DNA from: Octopus vulgaris
Lineage: Eukaryota
Reading direction: 5' to 3'
Assembly (NCBI GenBank): GCA_951406725.2
Contig: OX597816.1
Coordinates: forward strand, 5,456,001 to 5,520,000
Length of the DNA stretch: 64,000 nt
In this document: positions 1 through 9,409 of the stretch, piece after piece
Position numbering within the stretch: the first letter of the stretch is position 1
How the letters are laid out: every line of letters starts with the position of its first letter
Program-made: the position numbers and the translations under genes
The notes under the pieces: generated by a model
What the model was told of the DNA's origin: nothing
What the model saw: only the letters and a program-made list of their open reading frames with translations
Databases searched by the model: none

Positions 1-65
1 TTTGTCTGACTGTTTTACGTTCTTGTCCCATTTTTTTAGTACATAACTTTTTTATTATCTGGAGG

Positions 66-397
66 AGACCCCCTTCGGTCATGAATGACCATGGGATTGC
101 ACCTAGAAAGTTACCCTCACAGGTACAAGTCCGAGCAAGGTTGTTTGTGGAAGGCCAGCGGTCACCCATGCATATCAGCCTCCCTTCTCCACACCACTGA
201 TGTTATCCAAGGGAAATGCAAAGGAGCCGATACAGTTTGGCACCAGTGATGTCGCATCTCATTTCTACAGCTGAGTGAACTGGAGCAACATGAAATAAAT
301 TGTCTTGCTCGAGAACACAACACGCATCCCGGTCCAGGAATCGAACTCACAACCTCACAATCGTAAGCTCGACGCTTTAACCACTGAGCCATACGCC
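66..397 (-). mobile_element. tRNA-derived SINE, family D
   Basis: Minus strand begins GGCGTATGGCTCAGTGGTTAAAGCG (A box) ... GTGAGTTCGATTCC (B box); its 3' half recurs at 38377-38570. Confidence 0.85.
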
Positions 398-1049
398 TTC
401 ACAAACACATATGTATATGTGTTTGTGCGCCTTCACACACATACACACATCTGTATATGTACATATACATGGAAATTCTTAGAAAAATTATCATATCATG
501 CTCCTTCATTTGATGGTGTCCAGGAGTGGTAAATGAGACATAAGTTGTCTCCCGTTTTCTCTCTGCTTTCTTTTACAGTTTATAACTGTAACATGTAATG
601 TCATGAAAGCAGGTAATCTGTTATGCGATTGTCAACGCATTTTCTTCTTAGGATCACGTATGGAGCTTGTCACATTCCCAACTGAATCATTCGTAGTTGT
701 TCTTTGCGATAAATATAAAGATGCTGCAAAGGATTATTGAGACGTATTTTTAGTTATTTTGTAAACGTTATTCGATAAGCAGTGAGAAATAAAAATAACC
801 TTTGGGAAGTTTGTATGGATGGGTCATATCTTCCAGCGATAGAAATGTAGTTCTGTAAATTCTCACGTTATCAGTGAGTTCTGTTTCACTTTACATCAGT
901 CAATGTGGATAATATTTACCGAAACATGGTGCAAACAACGGAGCCAATCCCTCAAAAACTCAGTCCCGATTAAGCTTTATGTCTGCTACTTGTTATGTTT
1001 TCCAGTGACTCATTTGATGCATAAATTGTTGTAAATGTTCCACAAGATA

Positions 1050-1450
1050 GGCGCAGGAGTGGCTGTGTGGTAAGTAGCTTGCTAACCAACCACATGGTTC
1101 CCACTGCGTGGCATCATGGGCAAGTGTCTTCTGCTATAGCCCCGGGCCGACCAATGCCTTGTGAGTGGATTTGGTAGACGGAAACTGAAAGAAGCCTGTC
1201 GTATATATGTATATATATATGTGTGTGTGTTTGTGTGTCTGTGTTTGTCCCCCCCACCATCGCTTGACAACCGATGCTGGTGTGTTTACGTCCCCGTAAC
1301 TTAGCGGTTCGGCAAAAGAGACCGATAGAATAAGTACTGTGCTTACAAAGAATAAGTCCCGGGGTCGATTTGCTCGACTAAAGGCGGTGCTCCAGCATGG
1401 CCGCAGTCAAATGACTGAAACAAGTAAAAGAGTAAAAGAGAGTAAAGAGT
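1050..1450 (+). mobile_element. tRNA-derived SINE, family A (CORE-like; internal (TA)n(TG)n; TAAAAGAG tail)
   Basis: GGCGCAGGAGTGGCTGTGTGGTAAG head, TGGGCAAGTGTCTT core, AAGATA TSD (1044-1049/1451-1456); about 11 copies in window. Confidence 0.92.
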
Positions 1451-1699
1451 AAGATATCATCAAGAACAGCGATGAAAACAGTGATATAACTTAGTCAGGA
1501 AGAGTTGTTTAAACAATGTGACATAGAGTGCTTCTGTGCATCCTTTAAAATTTGTACAGAAAGTTTTAAGGACTGAAAGGAAGATAGAAACCGACAGAGC
1601 TTGAACAGAAGGTAAAATATGTTTAGACAGACCACAGCAATGATGCCCTATTCGTATGAAGCTGTTACAGAAAACAACTGCTTTACAGTATTTGGGTTA

Positions 1700-2070
1700 T
1701 CTCTCTATATATAAAGCTGAAGTTGTCTGTGTATGGCAGGTTTGGTAGCCTTTAACTAACACTATCTCCTCCGAGAACCTGCGGCACAAGTTGACCAAAA
1801 TTGAGAGTATGATAGAAGAAGGCTTGCTCTTCCTTCCTTAGAAGATAAAATTCAAATCGAACCATGTTAAGAACAAAAATTATTTACATCAAAAAGGTGC
1901 TTTTTTCTATGACTACTGTGTCGCCATTTTTCGGTGTATTTCAACCAGGAAAATGTTCACTTATAAAGAATAACAAGCTACATAATGCCAATTTTTTTTC
2001 TTTTCAAAAGTTCCAATTCTAAAGGGTCGAAAAGAAAACAAGCCCGAGCAATGCTGGGCGATACTGCTAG
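1700..2070 (+). mobile_element. Non-autonomous Helitron
   Basis: A|TC 5' end, subterminal hairpin GCCCGAGCAATGCTGGGC, CTAG|T 3' end, no TSD. Confidence 0.85.
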
Positions 2071-2519
2071 TTCATAGATAAAACTATCTTGTTATCAGGG
2101 GAAAATGATACAAACCCTCATAGTAAGAGCGATGGCAATTTTGAAGCGGCTCTCGGAAAATTAGTAACGTATTTTCGTCTTCAAATTTCTAAATGAGTTC
2201 TTGTAGCAAGACACAATAATCTCAAACATTTTTGGAGTAACCAGTTGAGCCGATCAATATTTCAATGCTTAAGGAAGTGGAAGGTTCTTTGAAACTAATA
2301 ATAAATGATGACAATGATATCTGCAGGAAAACATCGTCAGAGATAACGCTTTCCTCTGTTGCTAAATATATTCATTTTCATCTCATAACTGATGAGCATC
2401 ATTTATCTCCAATTCGCGGTGGTGGTCATTACCCAAGTAAATCGGTTCAAAACCCAATAAATTCTGCTTTAATATTCCAAGTATTTATCTTATATACTTT
2501 TTTTTTGTTTGTTTTGCTC

Positions 2520-2910
2520 TTTTTATTTGTTTCAGTCATTTGACTGCGGCTATGCTGGAGCACCACCTTAAATGATGTTAGTCGAAGAAATCAACCCCAA
2601 CACTTATTGTTTTGTATGCCCATTACTTATTCTATCGGCCTCTCTTGCCGAACCGCTAGGTTACAGGGACATATGCTCACCAAGCCTCGATTGTCAAGTG
2701 ATGGGGGGAACACACGCACACACGCACACACACACACACATATATGTATGTATGTATGTATGTATATATACGACTGGCTTCTTTCAGTTTCCATCTACCA
2801 AATCCTTTCACAAAGCTTTCACCAGCCCAGAGATGTAGTAAAAGACACCTGTTGAAGGTGCCACTCAGTGGGACTGAACCCGGAACCATGTGGTTGGGAA
2901 ACAAGCTACG
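2520..2910 (-). mobile_element. SINE family A, older diverged copy
   Basis: Reverse-complement similarity to 1050-1450. Confidence 0.85.
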
Positions 2911-3016
2911 TACACAGATATTTGCTTTGCAATATCTTCTACCTAAAATGTTCCCAACAAATGTTTGTCTAATAAATGTTTACCTGTAATAAGTGAAACC
3001 CAGGTACTGTCACACC

Positions 3017-3250
3017 GCGGCGAGCTGGCAGAAACGTTAGCACGCTGAGCGAAATGCGTAGCCGTATTTCGTCTGTCGTTACGTTCTGAGTTCAAATTCC
3101 GCCCAGGTCGACTTTGCCTTTCATCTTTTCGGGGGTCGATAAATTAAGTACCAGTTACGCACTGGGGTCGATGTAATCGACTTAATACCTATGTCTGTCC
3201 TTTTTTGTACTCTCTGTGTTTAGCCCCTTGTGGGTAATAAAGAAATAGGT
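3017..3250 (+). mobile_element. tRNA-derived SINE, family B (Meta-domain-like)
   Basis: GGCGAGCTGGCAGAAACGTTAG head, GAGTTCAAATTCC B box, GTCGACTTTGCCTTTCATC..GGGGTCGATAAATTAAGTACC central domain. Confidence 0.9.
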
Positions 3251-4119
3251 ATCTAATCACACCGCACAATGGAGAATTATTCTACACGCTTGCAACTCGC
3301 AGAATATTTGGAAGAGGAAAAGCAACTCTCCTGGTTGAACTCATAAGACAGGCATGAAAAAGTTATAATTAATAAAGCCTTCGTCGATCCCAAATACAAC
3401 AATATCGGTTTCATTGTACGGTTTCAAATAAATCATTCTAGCCAATTAAATTCGGAATGGAAATATCTCCACAATTTAGACAGAAATTAAATACTTAACA
3501 CACCAGGAAAATATATTCTCCGCTTGATACCGAGAGAGTCTTTTATATTGCAATGTAGTTTTCTTATTAACACCGAGGAATCTCGTTACAGTAACGAATG
3601 ATGATATTTTATTCTTTAACAACCACAACAAAGCTTCTGACGTAATCCGTATACATCTAATTTAATTTCTGTTCAAATTATGCAGATAAAATTTCATATA
3701 ATTACTTTCTTAATTCAACAAGCAGCGCTAGATATCATACGCGGTGCATAGTAATGTGGGAAATACAGCGATAGATCATTTCTATTTTATGGCGAAAATA
3801 TAAACTTAGCATTGCTTGTGTCGTTAAATGGATCAAATTTAAACACGAAAAATTACAAAGCGAAATTCAGTTGAACATAAAAGAACTCCGCCTTCTTAAA
3901 ATAACAACTGCACATAAACGAAGAATTTGCTGCATGATACCAGTCAAAAGTATATTCTGTTCATTGATCTGCGCAACATAATCATAATGTGCTTATTGAA
4001 TTTAAGGGATAAAATTTTAAATGCAGTTTTCAAACGATAGTGACGTAATAACTTGATCCAGAGCATAAAATCACGTTAAAAATACTCAAGCTTAAGGATG
4101 TAAATGAAAAATATGGTCT

Positions 4120-5165
4120 CAGGTAAATAATTTAATTATTGCTTAAATACAATCGGTAGTATATTCATTAGTGAGATTACAATCACGGAAGTAATAAACT
4201 ACGGTAACTAACGCAATAGTTCTTCAGTTTTTGGTTAAAGTCATTAATTCCATTTATTTCCAGTGACAGTGTCTATAAGGTATGAGACTTACTATACATC
4301 TTATCTCTCTTTTAATGGCGATATATTTTTATGATAGTGAAAATGTCGAAACAGTTCTGACTTCAACCTTTGAAAGGTGAGATCGATGTAGGTGGTGTCT
4401 ATTTAAGCAGTGGAGGCGCAATGGCCCTGTGGTTAGGGCAGCGGACTCGCGGTCGTAGGATCGCGGTTTCGATTCCCAGACCGGGCGTTGTGAGTGTTTA
4501 TTGAGCGAAGACACCTAAAGCTCCACGAGGCTCCGGCAGGGGATGGTGGTGATCCCTGCTGTACTCTTTCACCACAACTTTCTCTCACTCTTACTTCCTA
4601 TTTCTGTTGTACTTGTATTTCAAAAGGGCCGGCCTTGTCACTCTCTGTGTCACGCTGAATATCCCCGAGAACTACGTTAAGGGTAGTACACGTGTCTGTG
4701 GAGTGCTCAGCCACTTACACGTTAATTTCATGAGCAGGCTGTTCCGTTGATCGGATCAACCGGAACCCTCGTCGTCGTAACCGACGGAGTGCTTCCCTAT
4801 TTAAGCATCACAATACTGATATTTATGCGCAAATGAAAGATAAGGAGGGGCTTCTTGAGGGTTGCAGCTCTGGGGAGACCCAGTTTTAGTACAGGATTTT
4901 GTCAGTGAAACACATTTAGACCTACCCGGTAAATTGATCGTTGAAAATTTCTGGCAGATAAATTATTTTACAGTGAATATAACACCTATAATTTCATGGC
5001 AAGGTAATAATATTGTGGATAAACACATCCTCGGTAAATTCACCATCGAATCAAACTTGTCGATGGTAAATTTCTTCGTCATACTTTTTATCAACAGATA
5101 TTTTAATGTTTTATCTACAAAATGATTACGTTTTTTTTTCAGTGACAATGGAAAAGAAATTCAAT
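4120..5165 (+). repeat. Local segmental duplication, copy 1 (partner 6500-7295)
   Basis: Shared colinear blocks, e.g. TTGCTTAAATACAATC, TTTTTGGTTAAAG, TCTTGAGGGTTGCAGCTCTGGGGAG, ATAAACACATCCTCGGTAAATTC, TGACAATGGAAAAGAAATTC. Confidence 0.9.
4410..4796 (+). mobile_element. tRNA(Arg)-like SINE, family C, full length
   Basis: GGCGCAATGGCCCTGTGGTTAGGGCAGCGGACTCGCGG head; 11-bp TSD CTATTTAAGCA (4399-4409/4797-4807); absent from the duplicate at 6500-7295. Confidence 0.93.
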
Positions 5166-5729
5166 GCTGCACGAAAGGAAATAACTAAGGAACTGTACAT
5201 TGGTATTGATGATGTTACGTCGATTTAATATCTCTCTTGTAAATTGACTGTTATTATTGAAATATTTAAAATTTCAAGTGAAATACAGACGAAATAACAT
5301 GGATTCATACGCCCGGTCCGCAGCTCCGAGTTCAGTAACAACAAACAGATGAGAATTTATTCTTCACCTGAATAGGCTATCCATAGCTTTCCACTGGAAA
5401 TTTTAGAATATCTCTTGCCAGCAGAAAGTCAATAATCACAATACCTTGGGGATGATATGGAATTTTACAGCCAGGGAATCAAACTAAGAGTGATACTTAT
5501 ACGGCTGGTAGCCACTAAGTGTCATTTTTACTGTTAGAAACAGGAACTAAACACCCCTGAAATAGCTCTGCGCCGTCTTAAAACAGGAGTGATATGTTGG
5601 CGACATAGCCGTCGTTACACAGAAAGATAGGATGTTAGCGACTATAATGTCTTTTGTTACGGGTCTGTGCGAGCAGACCTGACTTGGTGCTTCACTATGG
5701 CTAAGGAGCCCTTTCTACCCCACTGACAC

Positions 5730-5925
5730 AGGTAATTTCTACTCTTCTCCTCTGGAAGCCATTTGCTCGCGATACCAGAGGGAACACACTCTCCTACCCT
5801 CATGTAATCTCCAGGGATACAGGCATCCAGCCACAGGACCTCCGTAATGCTATGATCGACTGTGAAGTCTGGCGTAACATAATAAATTACATTGTCTCGA
5901 CGACGGTCGAACGATGATGATGATG
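5730..5925 (+). mobile_element. RTE-type LINE 3' end fragment
   Basis: LLLWKP..TLSYPHVISRDTGIQPQDLRNAMIDCEVWR followed by (GAT)n tail. Confidence 0.7.
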
Positions 5926-6499
5926 GTGCTAAACAACTAATTCTCTGGGACATAAAAACAATGTAGCTGCCGTGAAAGCATAAGAAATGCCCAATCATTG
6001 CTCGCTTTCTCATACCATATCCACTCATCTAGTTGTCACTCTTCATTAAGGTTTGATATTTGTTGTATCATGTCCAGATATACGAAAGAACGTCTTGATT
6101 CTTGCAGAGATATATCAACAGAATTTTGTTTTGGCGGATTTTGTCAGTAATGAATGAGTGTTTGCGACAAGAACAGTAAAATGCCAGTGAAGAATCGAAC
6201 GTTTGGTTGTAGAAATACAAGTTTGTAATTTGCAAGCATTAATTCTATAGCATACTTTATACAAATTCCAACTTGTATAAAACCAGTTCCAACTATGAAG
6301 AACAGAAAGGAAAGAATGCTGATTTCCTCAAATCTAACAGATTCGTCAATTCCACTCTATAAATACAGTAATTAAAGGATATTTAATTAAAGAATACTGA
6401 TATGCCCATAGCCTAATTAATAGGATATCAATTTATCATGTGATCTGGGGCTACATTCGAATTTCATTGAATTTGTATCTCTTCAAATATGGCCACAGG

Positions 6500-7295
6500 C
6501 AAATCATTTAATCATTGCTTAAATACAATCATTGAATTGGTTATATATTCATTAACGAGAGTACAATCCCGGAAGAGATAAACTACTGTAATTAACACAA
6601 TCATTCTTCTTCGATTTTTGGTTAAAGCCATTTATTTCCTTTATTTATACGGACGATATGAGTGATACAATATATCTTGTCTCTCTTTTAATGACGATAT
6701 ATTTTGATGTCCGACATTGAAAGTGTTGAAACATTTCTGACTTCAACATTGGAACGGTGAGATCGATGTAAGTGGCGTCTGTTTAAGAATCAATACAATA
6801 ATAAATATGCGCAAACGAAGGGTAAGGAGAGGCGTCTTGAGGGTTGCAGCTCTGGGGAGGTCAGAACAGAATTTGGTCAGTGAAACATACTTTGAGATAT
6901 CTGGTAAATGTCTTGCAAACAACTTGCACATGCAAGTGCTACCAGTTAAAAGCTCCGTATACCGGAAGCTAGCAAGTGTATGGGGTCATCAGGAGAGAAT
7001 GCGCGCCGTTTCGGGGCCTACCTCTCGACGGCATCAATGCGCACCGGCTCCCCTCACTGATATGAAAATTTCTAGCAGGTAAACTATTTCGCAGCTGTAA
7101 TTTCATGGTAAGGCTGTTCCATTGCGAATAAACACATCCTCGGTAAATTCGTCATCGAACCAAATTCGTCATTGGTCAATTTCCACGTTATACTTTTTAT
7201 CAACAGAGTAAATATCTCGATAAATATTATTTGAAAGTTTTCGTTACACACAGTGATTGCATTGTATTTCACTGACAATGGAAAAGAAATTCGCA
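6500..7295 (+). repeat. Local segmental duplication, copy 2
   Basis: Colinear with 4120-5165; carries a private ~150-bp GC-rich insert at ~6910-7057. Confidence 0.9.
6986..7051 (-). ncRNA. Hammerhead-like motif with non-canonical strand order, within a ~150-bp insert
   Basis: Minus strand: GGAGCC-g-GTGCGC-attgat-GCCG-TC-GAGAGG-ta-GGCCCC-GAAA-CGGC-GCGCAT-TCTCTC-CTGATGA. Confidence 0.55.
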
Positions 7296-7883
7296 ACTAA
7301 AACATAATAATGTCAGATTTTCTCGATAAATCCCTGTAAAAACAATTCAAATTTACTTTCAGAATTTGAATCACAGAAATACAATAAAAGGATAACACTA
7401 TTTTAAATTGAATGAAGTTAAAAAAAAAAATATTCGAAAAGCACCACGTTCTAAACAATGCCACTTAAAAATTTCCTGTATTTCGCGATTTTGATATTCC
7501 TTGACAATCCATTGAATTCTTGCGTTGCTATCTTTATTTCATTATTTCATTATTTCATTATTTATTTATTTTTTTCGTTTTTTTGTCATTTGGAATTTCT
7601 GCACCGGCGATATAGTGTTCGATTATTACTTCATTTCTGAATTGTTCCTTTGTCAAGATTTCGAAGAATCTTTTAAGATGGAATTTTTGTCTTTGATTTT
7701 ATTTTTCCTTGTTACTGAAATGAGACGTATGTAATCTAGGAATAAAATCTTTAACTAATATTTAGCGGTGAATGTATTCTGTGGATAAAATGTATGAAGA
7801 TGCATTTATAAATAAATGTGTCGGTACGATGCGATGTCAGACAACGATGCTGAGGCGTAAATGAAACGTTTATGATTTCAATA

Positions 7884-8308
7884 GTATTTCTTATCTCGTT
7901 ACTACCCACAAGGGGCTACACACTGAGGGGACAGACAAGGACAGACAAATGGATTACGTCGATTAAATCGACCCCAGTGCATAACTGGTACTTAATTTAT
8001 CGACCCCGAAAGGATGAAAGGCAAAGTGAACCTCGGCAGAATTTGAACTCAGAACGTAACGGCAGACGAAATACCTATTTCTTTATTACCCACGAGGGGC
8101 TAAACACAGAGGGGACAAACAAGGACAGACATAGGTATTAAGTCGATTACATCGACCCCAGTGCGTAAATGGTACTTAATTTATCGATCCCGAAAGGATG
8201 AAAAGCAAAGTCGATCTCGGCGGAATTTGAACTCAGAACGTAACGGCAGACGAAATACCGCTAATCATTTCGCCCGGCGTGCTAACGTTTCTGCCAGCTC
8301 ACCGCCTT
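7884..8308 (-). mobile_element. SINE family B head-to-tail dimer
   Basis: Two units joined at GACGAAATAC|CTATTTCTTTATT (~8075). Confidence 0.9.
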
Positions 8309-8438
8309 TCAACATTTCAACAGCATTTCTTTCAGGGAAGTTTCTCAAGAGTCAAATATTACTGGTATGTGTCATAAAAAGATCAGAGCTTTGGTAATCA
8401 CGTTATTAAAAAAATCCATATTAGCAGTTGATTGAGAT

Positions 8439-8730
8439 CAGTGGTTCTCAACCCCTTTTTTTATCGGTGGACCTCCATTCCTTACTATCTTATTCTGGTA
8501 CCCTCCTCCGCCACCATCGATATCCGATGCTCAAAACAAGTTTTATAGATATTTCTTCTAAGATTCGTATTTCGTTTTTTCATGTGTCGGATTATGAGAG
8601 CACACTCTCGGAGATCCCGTTTCGGTGGTTCAAAACATGTTAAACTTTGTAAGACATTAGAGAAAGAAATCTAGCTTTTCCTTTTAATAAATACATCCGG
8701 AGCAAAACTGTCTTCATGGACACTTAAAAT
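8439..8730 (+). mobile_element. hAT-type MITE remnant
   Basis: Begins CAGTGGTTCTCAACC, a typical hAT/Charlie-like TIR; other end not seen. Confidence 0.5.
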
Positions 8731-8733
8731 AAT

Positions 8734-8959
8734 TATTTCTTTATTACCCACAAGGGGCTAAACACAGAGGGGACAAACAAGGACAGACAAACGGATTAAG
8801 TCGATTACATCGACCCCAGTGCGGAACTGGTACTTATTTAATCGACCCCGAAAGGATGAAAGGCAAAGTCGACCTCGGCGGAATTTGAACTCAGAACGTA
8901 ACGGCAGACGAAATACGGCTACGCATTTCGCCTAGCGTGCTAACGTTTCTGCCAGCTCA
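8734..8959 (-). mobile_element. SINE family B
   Basis: Reverse complement of the 3017-3250 family. Confidence 0.9.
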
Positions 8960-9019
8960 ATACTAACGTGAATCCCCAAGTTAGCATTTTGTTTGTGAGG
9001 ACTCTGAAAAAGCTAAATT

Positions 9020-9399
9020 CATCCATGCAATCTTTCAGGATAGTAATGCACCAATTCACACAGCTAAAGTTGTTACTTAATGGCACAAGGAACATTCTAA
9101 TGAAGTTGAACATCTTATCTGGCCACCACAGTCCCCAGATCTCAATATTATTGAACATTTATGGTGCATTTTAGAAAAACAAGTAAGAAGTCGATATCCT
9201 CCACTATCATCACTACAAGAACTGGAGATTGTTTTAGCTGAAGAATGGACAAAAATTCCTTTGGAAACAATTCAAAATTTGTACGAGTCCATACCTCATA
9301 GAATTCAAGCTATAATTACTGCCAAAGACAGTCCTACCCTATATTAAACTAAATGTGTTTGAAATTTTAAGCTGTTTCCATTATTTTGTCCAACCCTTG
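9020..9399 (+). mobile_element. Tc1-family transposon 3' fragment (transposase C-terminus and right end)
   Basis: QDSNAPIHTAKVV..HLIWPPQSPDLNIIEHLWCILEKQVR..EEWTKIPLETIQNLYESIPHRIQAII; ends TCCAACCCTTG|TA. Confidence 0.9.
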
Positions 9400-9409
9400 T
9401 ATATATTTG

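Larger units (their letters stand above)
579..4120 (+). pseudogene. Decayed TRANK1-like (TPR/ankyrin/UvrD-like helicase protein, C-terminal half) coding relic, copy 1, interrupted by SINEs and a Helitron
   Basis: Polypyrimidine-CAG acceptor at 554-578. Removing the Helitron (1700-2070) restores an open frame EAVTENNCFTVFGL|FIDKTILLSGENDTNP, like TRANK1 KSCFEFFGISQVDAKYCQIAQNDPGP (recalled). Colinear fragments NDICRK..KYIHFH (~2320-2380) and ENYSTRLQLAEYLEEE (~3270). Many stops and frameshifts. Confidence 0.45.

Noticed and set aside
4410-4490. tRNA-Arg-like gene
   Set aside because: It is the head of a TSD-flanked multi-copy SINE and lacks a proper acceptor stem.
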